A DNA stretch of 64,000 nucleotides from Cyanophyceae cyanobacterium (GTDB lineage Bacteria; Cyanobacteriota; Cyanobacteriia; Cyanobacteriales; JBHJGN01). The stretch covers positions 1 to 64,000 of the forward strand of contig JBHJGN010000037.1 of assembly GCA_050331735.1 (NCBI GenBank), written 5' to 3'. The notes beneath the pieces were generated by a model. It ran no database searches. It had not been told where the DNA came from and worked only from the letters and a program-made list of their open reading frames with translations. Positions 12,179-23,016 of the stretch are shown in pieces (position 1 is the first letter of the stretch; each line of letters starts with the position of its first letter). The position numbers were made by a program, and so were the translations under genes.

Positions 12179-14482
12179 CTAAACTGATAATCTTTTCTCA
12201 ATAGCACTTTGCCAACACTGGGTAACGTTAACAATTGTAACGTCAACTAAAGAATCGTCACCGATTGAAATCCGTAAGTGCTCCTCACTGCTGACTCGGC
12301 CAACGGCTATCCAGTCCGCTTCTAGGTGTTGCTGAAGATAGCGTTCCCAATCAGCCTGTGCCTCCGGTCTGACAGAGACAATCACTCGACCCGCAGCTTC
12401 GCCAAACAGCAGTTCGTCGATTCTAGCAGCCTTCGGCAGGCGGACTGCTGCGCCAAGCTGTCCGCTGATGCAGCATTCGGCGATCGCCACTGCCAAACCA
12501 CCTTCAGCACAGTCATGAGCCGAACGAATCCACCCTTGGCGGATACCATAACGGCAAGCTTCTTGCACCCGCCGTTCCAGGTCAAAATCGACTCTAGGCG
12601 GTTTCCCCGCCACCTGATGATGTACGGTAGCGAGATATTCAGAAGCTCCAAGCTGGGGGGAGGACGACTCTCCCAACAGGTAAATTAACTCTTCTGGCCG
12701 TTGCCACCCTTGAGCGCATACCTGAGTAATATCCGGCACTAATCCCACCATGCCAATAACTGGAGTTGGATAAATCGGTTGGGGGTTTCCCTGCGCATCC
12801 AGGGTTTCGTTATACAGAGAAACGTTCCCTCCCGTCACCGGAGTTCCCAACTCCTGACAGGCTTCGGCAATTCCGCGACAGGCAGAGGCGAGCTGCCAAT
12901 ACCCGACCGGATTTTCTGGACTGCCAAAGTTCAGATTGTCCGTTACCGCCAGCGGCTCGGCTCCTACACAGCTTAGGTTGCGGGCGGCTTCTGCCACGGC
13001 AGCTTTGGCTCCTTCGTAGGGATCGAGATAAACATAGCGGGCATTACAGTCTACGGTAGCGGCAACTCCGCGTCGATAGTTAGCAAGGGGAGCGTTGCCT
13101 GCGGCAGGGCGAACCCGCACGACTGCCGCATCCCCATCTCCAGGAAGCAGCACAGTATTGTTTTGTACCTGATGGTCGTACTGACGGTAAATCCAACGTT
13201 TAGAGGCAATGGTGGGAGTTTCTAATAACTGGAGAAGAATCGCATTCCAGCTCTTGTTTTCTCCGTCAATCTCAATGCCCTCACGGGTACAGGGTGGCAG
13301 AGAATCTGCCGTCCATTGCCACGCCTGCTGGACATAGGCTGGAGGTTCTGCTATTAGTTCTCGATGGTACACTGGCGTGTCGTCGGCTAGAGCGGTTGCC
13401 GGAATTTCGGCAGCGACCTGACCTTGAAAGCGAATCCGCACAACAGGATCTTCTATCACGACTCCCGCAACGACGGCGTGGAGTTCCCAACGCTCGAAAA
13501 TATCGATTAATTCCTGTTCTCGTCCTTGCTGGGCAACGAACAACATCCGCTCCTGAGACTCCGACAGCAGATACTCGTAGGGAATCATTCCCGCTTCCCG
13601 TACCGGAATTTTGTCTAAATCCAGCTCAATGCCAACGCCTCCTTTGGCCGCCATTTCTGACGTTGAACAGGTAATGCCCGCCGCCCCCATATCCTGGGCC
13701 GCGACGACGGCTCCAGTTTTAAACGCTTCCAGGCAAGCTTCGATCAGAGATTTTTCTAGGAACGGGTCACCAACCTGCACCGCCGGACGGTCATCTAAGG
13801 AATCTTCCGTTAATTCTGCACTGGCAAAGCTGGCTCCTCCCATGCCGTCTCTTCCTGTTGTTGAGCCAACGTATAGCACTGGGTTTCCCACACCAGAGGC
13901 TCCCGACGTGACAATTTCTGGAGTTTCCATCAGCCCCAACGCCATCGCATTGACGAGGGGGTTGCCGGCATAAGCTGAATCAAAGTAAACTTCTCCGCCA
14001 ATGGTAGGAACGCCAACGCTGTTGCCGTAGTGAGCGATGCCTTCTACGACTCCTGCAAAGAGTCGGCGGGTGCGAGTATCGGCTAAATCTCCAAAGCGCA
14101 GAGAGTTGAGAATCGCAATCGGACGCGCTCCCATTGTAAAGATATCGCGGAGAATGCCACCGACCCCCGTTGCGGCTCCCTGGAACGGTTCAACGGCTGA
14201 AGGGTGGTTATGGGATTCAATTTTAAAGGCGAGGCGCATCCCGTCACCCAGATCCACCACTCCGGCGTTTTCACCGGGGCCGACCAGAATGCGATCGCCC
14301 GTTGTGGGAAACTGCTTCAGTAAGGGGCGGGAATTTTTGTAGCAGCAGTGTTCCGACCACATTACCCCAAACATGCCTAGCTCCGCTCTATTGGGATGAC
14401 GACCGAGCCGTTTGACAATTTCTTCGTACTCTTGAGGAGTCAAACCCTCAGCGGCAATTTCTTCGGGGGAGGAAGCAGACAT
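12179..14482 (-). CDS. purL: Phosphoribosylformylglycinamidine synthase subunit PurL
   Basis: [24 protein letters not shown] and GGNVSLYN motifs. Confidence 0.98.
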   Translation of the reverse strand: MSASSPEEIAAEGLTPQEYEEIVKRLGRHPNRAELGMFGVMWSEHCCYKNSRPLLKQFPTTGDRILVGPGENAGVVDLGDGMRLAFKIESHNHPSAVEPFQGAATGVGGILRDIFTMGARPIAILNSLRFGDLADTRTRRLFAGVVEGIAHYGNSVGVPTIGGEVYFDSAYAGNPLVNAMALGLMETPEIVTSGASGVGNPVLYVGSTTGRDGMGGASFASAELTEDSLDDRPAVQVGDPFLEKSLIEACLEAFKTGAVVAAQDMGAAGITCSTSEMAAKGGVGIELDLDKIPVREAGMIPYEYLLSESQERMLFVAQQGREQELIDIFERWELHAVVAGVVIEDPVVRIRFQGQVAAEIPATALADDTPVYHRELIAEPPAYVQQAWQWTADSLPPCTREGIEIDGENKSWNAILLQLLETPTIASKRWIYRQYDHQVQNNTVLLPGDGDAAVVRVRPAAGNAPLANYRRGVAATVDCNARYVYLDPYEGAKAAVAEAARNLSCVGAEPLAVTDNLNFGSPENPVGYWQLASACRGIAEACQELGTPVTGGNVSLYNETLDAQGNPQPIYPTPVIGMVGLVPDITQVCAQGWQRPEELIYLLGESSSPQLGASEYLATVHHQVAGKPPRVDFDLERRVQEACRYGIRQGWIRSAHDCAEGGLAVAIAECCISGQLGAAVRLPKAARIDELLFGEAAGRVIVSVRPEAQADWERYLQQHLEADWIAVGRVSSEEHLRISIGDDSLVDVTIVNVTQCWQSAIEKRLSV

Positions 14483-14710
14483 GAGCGCACACCATCAGAA
14501 ACAGCGTTTATTGTAGCGATTCTTACGCAGAGTTTAAATACCTTCAATGGGATGAGTAATTATAGTATTTGTCTAGTACTACAATCGGTACGTTATTTCT
14601 AGCCATAGGGAACAATCTTGTTCGTCCGGATCGAGCGACCACCCGCTCATAACCGTTCCTTGCCAAATCCTCCTTCAATTATTCATGCTTTAAGCCGCTT
14701 GGCGGAATTC

Positions 14711-16648
14711 TCAAACCGTTCCCTTGAGTAACCGCAAACCATTCAAGGTCACTAACAACGTCGATCCCTCATGACCTAATACCCCGGCTGGGAGGGTCAG
14801 ACTCCCCCAGAAATTGGCGCACAACAACAGACCAACCGAGACAAGAGCAATAACGATATTTTGCCGGATAATCCGTTGCGATCGCCTGCCAATGGTGATC
14901 GCTTGCTCCAGTTTCTCCAGCCGATCCGCCATCAAGACCACATCCGCCGTTTCCAACGCCACATCCGTCCCGGTTACTCCCATCGCTATTCCGATCGAAG
15001 CCTGAGCGAGGGCAGGAGCGTCATTAATGCCGTCGCCCACCATCGCTACCGTTTCATAGCGTTGTTGCAGGCGCTTGAGCACCGCTACTTTGTCCTCTGG
15101 CATCAGTTCTGCATAGACTCGCTCAATACCAATTAACCGGGCTACGCTTTGAGCCGTGACGGGATTATCCCCCGTCAGCATCACCATGGCTTCAACGCCC
15201 GTCTGCTTGAGGGTTTTCACTAACCGAGGGGCATCAGAGCGAATTTGATCGGCTACCGCAATCAGGCCCAGGACTTGCTGTAGCCGCACGACCCAGATGA
15301 CGGTTTTACCTTCGGCTTCTAGGCGCTGGCTTTCCAACTCTAGATCAGGTTTCCCGTTCGTTAACGCGGCTAAGGCAAAACGCCGCTTGCCTAAGCGGAG
15401 CGAGTCCCCCTTTAAACAGCCAGTCATGCCCTGTCCAACGTGCGCCTGAGCCTGAGTCGCCGGAATTAGGGACACCTTGTTTACCTGAGCTGCCCGGACA
15501 ATCGCCTGGGCAATAGGATGCTCGGAGTAGGCGGCAATCGAGGCGGCAGTCTGTAGCAGATCTTGGCGACTAGCGGTAGAAGCAGGAATCATTTCGCTCA
15601 CCTGCACCTGTCCAGTGGTGAGAGTTCCGGTTTTATCAAAGGCGATCGCCCGCACTCGTCCAAGCAACTCTAGCTGCGCTCCGTTCTTAAACAAAATTCC
15701 CTGTTTAGCGCCACGGGCAATCCCAGACAGGAGTGCAGGCATAATCGCCGCCATCAGCGCACAGGGGGATGCCACGACGAGGAAAATGAGGGCGCGGTAG
15801 ATGGTGGTTTCCCAACTCCAGTTCCACACCAAGGGCGGCAGCAGGGCTAATAGCACCCCGACAACCACAATCACTTTGGCGTAGCCCCGTTCAAAGCGTT
15901 CAATAAACTGCTGCGACGGGGGTTTCTCGGTCTGAGCCTGTTCTACCAGCCGAATCACTCGCACAATCAAACTACTTTCTGGTGGTTGATGGATCTGGAT
16001 CTGCAACGCTCCGTTCCCGTTGAGAGTGCCGCCAAACACCACTTCTCCTACCCCTTTGTCTACCGGCATCGACTCTCCGGTAATCGCCGCCTCATTAATA
16101 GTGCTATCGCCGTCTAAGATCACGCCATCGGTGGGAATTAACTCCCCTGGTTTCACCAGAATCACATCCCCAATCTGAAGACGGCGTATGGCGACCTGTT
16201 CTTCCCCGCCAGAGCGCAGCATCCGGGCTGTATCGGGAGTCAGACTCATCAAAGAGCGAATGCTCCGTTCCGTGCGCTGCATGGCGTAGTGTTCTAGAGC
16301 GCCGCTAATGGCAAAGATTAAAATCAGCACTGCCCCATCGACGAGCAGAAAATATTCCTGACGCCACAACCCTAGTCCGGCTGCCCCTAGTGCCGCCACG
16401 ATCATCAACAGATCGACATCGAGTTCTTTTTCTTGAAACAGCGTCGTTAAGCCTTCGCGGGCGCTTTCGTAACCGCCGATCGCGTAAGCCGCCATCAGAA
16501 TCAGGATCGCTAATCCCACCCCCTCGAAATTAAGGGCTAACCAGCCCAGGAATAGCAGCACGCCACAGACAATAGCCGCCAGGATCTCGCCGTGGTCCCG
16601 GCTGAAGGCAACGAGATGAGAAGCAGACGATCGCCTCAATTTCAGCAT
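14711..16648 (-). CDS. coaT: Cobalt-exporting P1B-4-type ATPase (CoaT/CorT-like)
   Basis: TGES, SPC, DKTGT, GDGINDAP and HEGST motifs; no N-terminal metal-binding domain; divergent from a coaR-like gene. Confidence 0.85.
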   Translation of the reverse strand: MLKLRRSSASHLVAFSRDHGEILAAIVCGVLLFLGWLALNFEGVGLAILILMAAYAIGGYESAREGLTTLFQEKELDVDLLMIVAALGAAGLGLWRQEYFLLVDGAVLILIFAISGALEHYAMQRTERSIRSLMSLTPDTARMLRSGGEEQVAIRRLQIGDVILVKPGELIPTDGVILDGDSTINEAAITGESMPVDKGVGEVVFGGTLNGNGALQIQIHQPPESSLIVRVIRLVEQAQTEKPPSQQFIERFERGYAKVIVVVGVLLALLPPLVWNWSWETTIYRALIFLVVASPCALMAAIMPALLSGIARGAKQGILFKNGAQLELLGRVRAIAFDKTGTLTTGQVQVSEMIPASTASRQDLLQTAASIAAYSEHPIAQAIVRAAQVNKVSLIPATQAQAHVGQGMTGCLKGDSLRLGKRRFALAALTNGKPDLELESQRLEAEGKTVIWVVRLQQVLGLIAVADQIRSDAPRLVKTLKQTGVEAMVMLTGDNPVTAQSVARLIGIERVYAELMPEDKVAVLKRLQQRYETVAMVGDGINDAPALAQASIGIAMGVTGTDVALETADVVLMADRLEKLEQAITIGRRSQRIIRQNIVIALVSVGLLLCANFWGSLTLPAGVLGHEGSTLLVTLNGLRLLKGTV

Positions 16649-16680
16649 AAGCAGCCCAATACGTCAACTTCGTTATGCTA

Positions 16681-16710
16681 AACCTTGACACTAATGTTAA
16701 TGTCAAGGTA
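16681..16710. promoter_or_regulatory. CoaR (MerR-type) operator palindrome overlapping the promoter
   Basis: ACCTTGACA-N10-TGTCAAGGT between the divergent genes, containing TTGACA on both strands; resembles the Synechocystis coaT operator. Confidence 0.88.
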
Positions 16711-16724
16711 AATCCTCAGATGCG

Positions 16725-17837
16725 ATGGATTACATCACCATTAAAGAATTGACCGATGCCGTCGGGGAAGGCATTACCCCCCGGATGGTTCGCCACTATC
16801 ATCAAATTGGTTTGATGCCTCAGCCGCCGCGATCGCCGGGAAACTACCGCCTCTACACCGAAGCCGACGTGCAGCGACTCAAGAGGATTGCGGCGCTCAA
16901 GCAACAAGGATTTCAGCTCGCCCAGATTCAGAACTTGCTAGAAGCGGATTTGAACGAGCCGGAGGTTTTGTTAACTCAACTACAGCGTCAGTACCAAATG
17001 GTGATGCAGCAGATTGCTCAGTTACGTCACACCGCCTCGGCACTGGAGCATCTATTGGGACGCGATCGCCACTGTCAGTCCGCGCAGGCAAAAGCTCTGT
17101 CCCACTTGAAGCAGCTAGAAGCGGAAACCCAGACTTATCTACATCGCTTTGATTGGAGCAACACGGATGGGGCAGTGCATCAGCATCCCGAAGCGTTTCA
17201 GGAGTCCCTATCCTGGCTAATGCCGGACTTAGGCAATCGCTCTGAGATTGAGATCGATCTATTGTCTAGGCTCGTGCTCGCCTGCGGGGATGTCAGTCTG
17301 GTATCGTTGATCCGGCTGAGTCGAAAGGCGATTGGCGAAGCCACCGCGCAGAGCGCGATCGCCGCCAGTCGAGAGGCACTCAAAGGGGGCTGTGCCGTTG
17401 TCGGAGATATTCCGACGGTAACGGCAGCACTCGATCAAACCCGATTGAGCCATTTGGGCTGTCAGACCACAACGTTAATAAACGACCCTCACATTACGGA
17501 TGCTATCGAGGCAGAGCAAGCCTTCTGGCAACAGCGTGGACAGGAATTAGCCCGTTGTCCCCAGGGCTGCATTCTGGTCATTGGCTATGCTCCATCGGTT
17601 CTGCTGGCGGTTTGCGAGGCGATTGAGCAGCAGGTCATTCACCCCGCTTTGGTGATTGGAATGCCCCTCGGCTTTAGCCATGCTCCTAGCGCCAAACGGC
17701 GATTGATGCACTCTGGAGTTCCCTTCATCACAACCGCCGGGTCAGTGGGGGGCGGTTTATTGGCAGCAACGGCACTCAATGCCCTTGCCGAGTCTTTGAT
17801 CGCAAAACCCAATTGTCATTGTTACCTATCCAAATAG
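16725..17837 (+). CDS. coaR: MerR-family regulator fused to precorrin isomerase (CbiC/CobH)-like domain
   Basis: N-terminal MerR HTH (RMVRHYHQIGL..NYRLY), C-terminal CbiC-like domain and terminal CHC motif. Confidence 0.88.
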   Translation: MDYITIKELTDAVGEGITPRMVRHYHQIGLMPQPPRSPGNYRLYTEADVQRLKRIAALKQQGFQLAQIQNLLEADLNEPEVLLTQLQRQYQMVMQQIAQLRHTASALEHLLGRDRHCQSAQAKALSHLKQLEAETQTYLHRFDWSNTDGAVHQHPEAFQESLSWLMPDLGNRSEIEIDLLSRLVLACGDVSLVSLIRLSRKAIGEATAQSAIAASREALKGGCAVVGDIPTVTAALDQTRLSHLGCQTTTLINDPHITDAIEAEQAFWQQRGQELARCPQGCILVIGYAPSVLLAVCEAIEQQVIHPALVIGMPLGFSHAPSAKRRLMHSGVPFITTAGSVGGGLLAATALNALAESLIAKPNCHCYLSK

Positions 17838-18057
17838 ACACTGTGTTGGCTTAAACCTAGTGGGCGTTGCCCAATCGGTAACGTGGGGGCAGTTGGTTAT
17901 TATACCAATTGGAAAAACTAATGAGAGAATTTGGTGAATGGCGTTAGTCGTTGCTCATCCACTTCACTGGAGTTTAGGTGAGAGTGTCATCAATCAGCCA
18001 CGCCGAATAGTAACAGCGGTTGAGGCGTATAGATAAAAACCTCTAGTGATAAAAGAA

Positions 18058-18296
18058 GTCAATTGATAATCTCTCAATTAGAGAAAATTAGCAATAAGTT
18101 ACTGAGAAGCTGAAGCATTTCTGAAGGTTTTCATCTTTCTTGAACACAGAAGTGTTTGCTCCAAGCTTTAGAGGAATAAAGCTTCTTACCCCCAGCTTTG
18201 CTTAGAGAATTAAACATTTGTTAAAAATGACAATTGCTATCAATAATCATGATAGTAGTACTATGATCCAAGTTAATGAGAAGTGCTCTTAATAGC
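18058..18296 (+). promoter_or_regulatory. Putative Fur boxes upstream of the feo operon
   Basis: AT-rich Fur-like elements ATTGATAATCTCTCAAT (~18062), AATGACAATTGCTATCAAT (~18226) and AATGAGAAGTGCTCTTAAT (~18275). Confidence 0.55.
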
Positions 18297-18349
18297 TGTC
18301 CGTGAGTCCTTCGCGGTATTGACGTTTCCAGAGGGGAGACTAAAGAACA

Positions 18350-18934
18350 ATGGATGACAAGCAGGGGAAGAACTACCGTCATCGACATCGACAAAAGCGT
18401 CTGGCTGACGGCTCCTCCCAAGAACGCTCCCTGATGATCCTGGCCAAGGCGCAAATAGGCGATCGCCTGTGGATTGCTGGCTACGAAAGTAAAGACGGCA
18501 TTAATCGTCTGCTGGGAATGGGATTAGCGCCAGGGATCGCCATTGAAGTCCGGCAAAATCTGGCGGGCAATTTTGTCGTTGCGGTTGGGGAAAGTCGTAT
18601 TGGCATCGATGGAGGCATGGCAAAGCGCATTCTCGTCTCCGACCGTCCCTTTGATTATCTTGTTGAAGTGGAAAACCAAGACATGAACCGTAAAACCACC
18701 CTCAGAGATTTAGAAGTCAATCAGCACGGGAAAGTGGCGCGTTATGAACTAAGCGACAGTCCGACCCAAAAAGCTTACAAAAAAAAGTTACTGGCAATGG
18801 GACTGACCCCCGGTACAAAGTTTACCGTGACCCGCGTGGCTCCTCTCGGCGATCCGGTAGAAATTCTGGTGCGCGGTTTTAAATTGAGTTTGCGCAAAGA
18901 CGAAGCAGCGGCACTCGTTGTTGAATTGCTCTAG
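18350..18934 (+). CDS. feoA: Ferrous iron transport protein A, tandem double FeoA domain
   Basis: Two FeoA repeats (RLLGMGLAPG; KLLAMGLTPG..APLGDP..LSLRKDEA). Confidence 0.93.
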   Translation: MDDKQGKNYRHRHRQKRLADGSSQERSLMILAKAQIGDRLWIAGYESKDGINRLLGMGLAPGIAIEVRQNLAGNFVVAVGESRIGIDGGMAKRILVSDRPFDYLVEVENQDMNRKTTLRDLEVNQHGKVARYELSDSPTQKAYKKKLLAMGLTPGTKFTVTRVAPLGDPVEILVRGFKLSLRKDEAAALVVELL

Positions 18935-19042
18935 AGGAAGCGGAGTGTAGAGGCAGAAAACCCAAAATCACCCTGAACCATCAATCATTAACAACAAACC
19001 ACTAACCCTCAAACTTTTATCAATGCATTATTCACAGAGACG

Positions 19043-21385
19043 ATGAAAAAACAAACGATCGCGTTAATTGGCAATCCTAACTGCGGAAAAACCACTCTCT
19101 TCAACGATCTCACTGGGGCCAATCAGCGCACGGGAAATTGGCCCGGTGTCACTGTCGATCGCAAAGAAGGAAAATATGTTCATAAAGGCGCAGAAATTAC
19201 GGTCGTAGACTTGCCAGGGGTGTATTCCCTAGATGCCGAAGATGAAGGCACAGGACTAGACGAGTTAATTGCGCGCAACTATCTGCTGTCTGGGGAAGCG
19301 GATTTAATTATCAACATTATCGATGCAGCGAATTTGGAACGCAACCTTTATCTGACCACTCAGATTATGGAAATGCGCGTCCCTATGGCGATCGCCATGA
19401 ACATGATTGATGTGGCGCGGGAGAGAGAATTAGACATTAATACCGATGTTTTGTCTGAGAGGCTAGGGTGTTTTGTCATTCCCATGAGTGCTTTTTTGGG
19501 AGAAGGAATCGAGATCCTCAGAAGCAAAATCAATGAACTGAGCGACAATCCGGGGAATTTGCCAACGGTGGTGGCATATCCAGCCGTGATTGAAGATACT
19601 CTCAATCAAATTGAACCCCTGGTTAAACAACAAGGACGCAATCAAAAGATTTCGACTCGGTGGATGGCTCTCAAACTTTTAGAATATGAACGGATTGCCC
19701 CGGAACTCAAAGGCAAAGAATTAGATCGCCTGGTGGTGGAAAATCGCCGTAAGATTCACCAGCTCTTGCAAGAAGACATCGACATTATTGTGGCGGACAG
19801 TCGCTATGGCTTTATTCGCAGCCTCATCCAAGGCTCAGTCCGACAGAAGAGGAATATCAGCACCACCACCTCCGACAAAATCGATCAGTTTGTGCTGAAT
19901 CGTTGGATTGGCATTCCGCTGTTTTTGGTGGTGATGTACTTGATGTTTTTCGTCGCTATTAATGTTGGCGGTGCTTTTATCGATTTTTTCGACATTGCCT
20001 TTGGCACCGTCTTTGTCGAGGCACCGCAAGCGTGGTTAGAGTCCCTTAATGCTCCAGGCTGGTTCATTGGCTTTGTCACCTCTATCGGCGGTGGCATTCA
20101 AACGGTGGCAACTTTTATTCCCCAAATCGGCTTGCTGTTTGTGATTCTCTCGATTCTCGAAGACTCTGGCTACATGGCAAGGGCAGCCTTTGTGATGGAT
20201 AAACTGATGCGTCTGGTAGGATTGCCGGGTAAATCCTTTGTGCCGATGCTGGTCGGATTTGGCTGTAACGTCCCGGCGATTATGGCGACTCGCACTCTTG
20301 AAAACAGACGTGATCGCCTGATGACCATCATGATGAACCCCTTCATGTCGTGCGGCGCGAGATTACCCGTCTATGCGCTGTTTGCGGCGGCGTTCTTTCC
20401 TCGGAACGGGCAAAACCTGGTGTTCGGTCTGTATTTAATCGGCATTGCGGCGGCAATCTTTACCGGAGTGGTGATGAAAAACACGATCATGCAGGGGGAA
20501 GCTTCGCCCTTTGTGATGGAGTTACCGCCCTATCACCTACCTAAGGTTAAAGGAGTACTGATTCGTGCCTGGGACAGACTCAAAGGATTTTTACTGAGAG
20601 CCGGTAAAGTCATCGTTTTGATGGTGATGATTTTAAGCTTACTCAACTCCATCGGAACCGACGGCTCTTTTGGACAAGAAGATAGCAGAAATTCTGTTCT
20701 GTCGGCGACAAGCCGAGCCGTTACCCCGGTCTTTGCCCCAATGGGCGTTCGCCAGGACAATTGGCCCGCGACCGTCGGCATTTTTACCGGCGTGTTTGCC
20801 AAAGAAGCAATGGTGGGGACTCTTGATGCTCTCTACGGTGAGTTAGCCGCAGAAGAATTAGGAGAAGTAGCTGAAGAGGACTTCGATTTTTGGGGCGATA
20901 TTGCGGCTGCCTTTGCCAGTATTCCGGCTAACTTAGCCGACTTAGGCAACCAGCTCCTCGATCCCCTTGGTTTAAATATTGGCGATGTCCAAGACCAAGC
21001 CACGGTGGCAGAAGAGCAAGAAGTCGCCGTTGGCACTTTTGGTCAGATGGCAAGAAGATTTAACAACACCGCCGCCGCCTTTGCTTACCTATTATTCGTG
21101 CTGATGTACTTTCCCTGCGTGGCTGCCACGGGTGCCGTTTATCGGGAAACGAATTTGGGCTGGACGGTGTTGGTGACGCTGTGGACGACGGGGTTGGGCT
21201 ATTGGGTTGCCACTATGTTCTATCAAATCGCCACGTTCGCGCAACATCCTGGTTTTTCTCTGGCTTGGCTGATTGGCGGCGGAGTAGCGATGGCGGGAAC
21301 CATCGTCTTGCTCAAGTCTCGCCGTCCCCCGATTGCGGCGGAGCGCGATCGCTCTCAGCCAACCCAAACCACTACCCGCGTTTGA
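19043..21385 (+). CDS. feoB: Ferrous iron transporter B
   Basis: GNPNCGKT, GNWPGVTV, DLPG, LEDSGYMARAA, GFGCNVPA and PFMSCGARLP motifs. Confidence 0.98.
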   Translation: MKKQTIALIGNPNCGKTTLFNDLTGANQRTGNWPGVTVDRKEGKYVHKGAEITVVDLPGVYSLDAEDEGTGLDELIARNYLLSGEADLIINIIDAANLERNLYLTTQIMEMRVPMAIAMNMIDVARERELDINTDVLSERLGCFVIPMSAFLGEGIEILRSKINELSDNPGNLPTVVAYPAVIEDTLNQIEPLVKQQGRNQKISTRWMALKLLEYERIAPELKGKELDRLVVENRRKIHQLLQEDIDIIVADSRYGFIRSLIQGSVRQKRNISTTTSDKIDQFVLNRWIGIPLFLVVMYLMFFVAINVGGAFIDFFDIAFGTVFVEAPQAWLESLNAPGWFIGFVTSIGGGIQTVATFIPQIGLLFVILSILEDSGYMARAAFVMDKLMRLVGLPGKSFVPMLVGFGCNVPAIMATRTLENRRDRLMTIMMNPFMSCGARLPVYALFAAAFFPRNGQNLVFGLYLIGIAAAIFTGVVMKNTIMQGEASPFVMELPPYHLPKVKGVLIRAWDRLKGFLLRAGKVIVLMVMILSLLNSIGTDGSFGQEDSRNSVLSATSRAVTPVFAPMGVRQDNWPATVGIFTGVFAKEAMVGTLDALYGELAAEELGEVAEEDFDFWGDIAAAFASIPANLADLGNQLLDPLGLNIGDVQDQATVAEEQEVAVGTFGQMARRFNNTAAAFAYLLFVLMYFPCVAATGAVYRETNLGWTVLVTLWTTGLGYWVATMFYQIATFAQHPGFSLAWLIGGGVAMAGTIVLLKSRRPPIAAERDRSQPTQTTTRV

Positions 21386-21406
21386 AATGTAGGAAAAAGG
21401 AGCGTT

Positions 21407-21529
21407 ATGCTCTCTCGAAAAACAATCGAGCGCCTCAACCAGCAAATCATGGAGTATGACGATTCCCCGTTTTTTTTACTTCTCCAGCCGCTAACAATGC
21501 CTCGCCAGCTAATCAGAATGAACTCATGA
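21407..21529 (+). pseudogene. Ferritin N-terminal remnant (40-aa ORF)
   Basis: Strong RBS (AAAAGGAG) then MLSRKTIERLNQQI, resembling the start of non-heme ferritin; similarity then stops; the stop overlaps the feoC ATG. Confidence 0.6.
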
Positions 21530-21912
21530 TTTTAAAAGAACTTCAAGACTTCGTTCTTGATTATCATCGCGTTTCTTTAGCCGAAATGGAACTGCACTTT
21601 CATATCGATGGAGACGCCCTCAGACATATGCTCAACAAGTTAATTTATAAAGGCAGGGTGCGAAAAGTTCCAACTCCAGAGAAGTGTCATGGCTGTACTT
21701 TCTGCAATCCTGATACGATCGAATTTTATGAATGGGTAGACCCTTCCATGAATTCTCCCCTGCCCAAGTCTACTCCCACGAAAGCTCAAATTCACAGCAT
21801 TCACGCTCTAGACGAAATTCCTCATTCTGAATCCACCAGGGTGAGCTATGCCGTCATTTTGCACATCGGTGAAGCAGCGAAGAATTACAAATCATCACCA
21901 TCAGGAAATTAA
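21526..21912 (+). CDS. feoC: FeoC-like winged-helix protein with an aberrant C-terminal extension
   Basis: MILKELQ..VSLAEM..KGRVRK..CHGCTFC..EFYEW; the residues after ~aa 72 do not belong to the domain. Confidence 0.8.
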   Translation: MILKELQDFVLDYHRVSLAEMELHFHIDGDALRHMLNKLIYKGRVRKVPTPEKCHGCTFCNPDTIEFYEWVDPSMNSPLPKSTPTKAQIHSIHALDEIPHSESTRVSYAVILHIGEAAKNYKSSPSGN

Positions 21913-22175
21913 AAACGAACTGGTTTCTTAAGCGATCGCCAACACCAGAAATTCAGTTACACATCGAAGATCTGCACTGCTCAATGTGCGCTCAAACCGT
22001 GAGAGAAGCTCTACAAACCGTTGCCGGAGTCAAAAAAGTTCGAGTCAATTTAAGACGAAAAGAAGTGGCGATCGCTGCCACTTCAGAAACGAAAATTGAA
22101 TCGTTAATAGAGGCATTAAAAGCTACAGGCTATCGAGCCAACCCAGCGGCAGCTAAATCCTACTCGTCTTCTTAA
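21873..22175 (+). pseudogene. HMA (CxxC) metal-binding domain fragment
   Basis: Open frame reads IQLHIEDLHCSMCAQTVREAL..GVKKVRVNL..GY; the first ATG lies inside the CxxC motif and an in-frame TGA is at 21870. Confidence 0.6.
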
Positions 22176-22231
22176 TCCTTTGTTGACCTAAAATCCATTT
22201 TTTCTTAACCTAAAGTAGGAGGAAAACAGCC

Positions 22232-22791
22232 GTGACAATAGCAACCGATAACAGTAGCCTCTCTAGGGAAGACGTCACAGCTCAGCTCGGTGCGTTCTTG
22301 AAGGAACATGGAGAGATAGAAGCAATTCTGCCTGTAGTCATGGGCGTTTTGGTCACGAGTCAGTTTAAATTACGAGGAGCCAACGCTCTGCTGGTTAACC
22401 TGTTGGTAAGCCAGTTTAGCTCGCCAAATTTTTACTCAGCTCAAGCAAGAGCAACCCTTGGCGATCGCCGACCATTATGCTGGGGCAACAGAAGAAATAG
22501 AAGCCTCAGAGAATCTTCAAGGCTATGTCATCGCTCATGCAATCCCTGGACGAGTTCGGTTGCGGATGCCTCAGCTTGCCATTGATGCTGACTTTGCTCA
22601 TCGCCTCCAACAGGCTCTCAACCGGGATGACTGTGTGAGTCACGTTCGCGTTAATCGCGCCGCCGCTTCGATCGCTACCACAATCAAGGACTGTCTGATT
22701 GGGAGTTAAGCGTACGCCTGATGACGATTATCAATAGCGTACAGCAAGTATCAATAGCGTACAGCAAGAACTCTCATCCCCACCTCATTAA
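22232..22791 (+). pseudogene. HMA2-domain protein broken by frameshifts
   Basis: Extra A at ~22408, then HAIPGRVRL..VRVNRAAASI, a second shift near 22680 and a 20-bp tandem duplication. Confidence 0.7.
22729..22768 (+). repeat. Perfect 20-bp tandem duplication
   Basis: TATCAATAGCGTACAGCAAG x2. Confidence 0.95.
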
Positions 22792-23016
22792 ACCCTAAGC
22801 TAAGTGTTAAATTTTGGCTCCAGCGGCATGGAGAGCCAACTGAATCGCACAATTTGCTTTGCCTTATTGACAATGGCAGCTAATTGTGCAATAGCTTATT
22901 CAAGCAACACGGATTGCTGAATCGAGTCTGCATAGGTCAAAGAAGCACAATTACCCAGATTCAAGTAATGGCTCTTTCAAATTAATGAAAAGACTTTCAA
23001 CTACTTGTCAAGAAGA

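Noticed and set aside
17899..18015. TATACCAATT-initiated segment resembling cyanobacterial MITE-like repeats
   Set aside because: No convincing matching inverted end or second copy in the window
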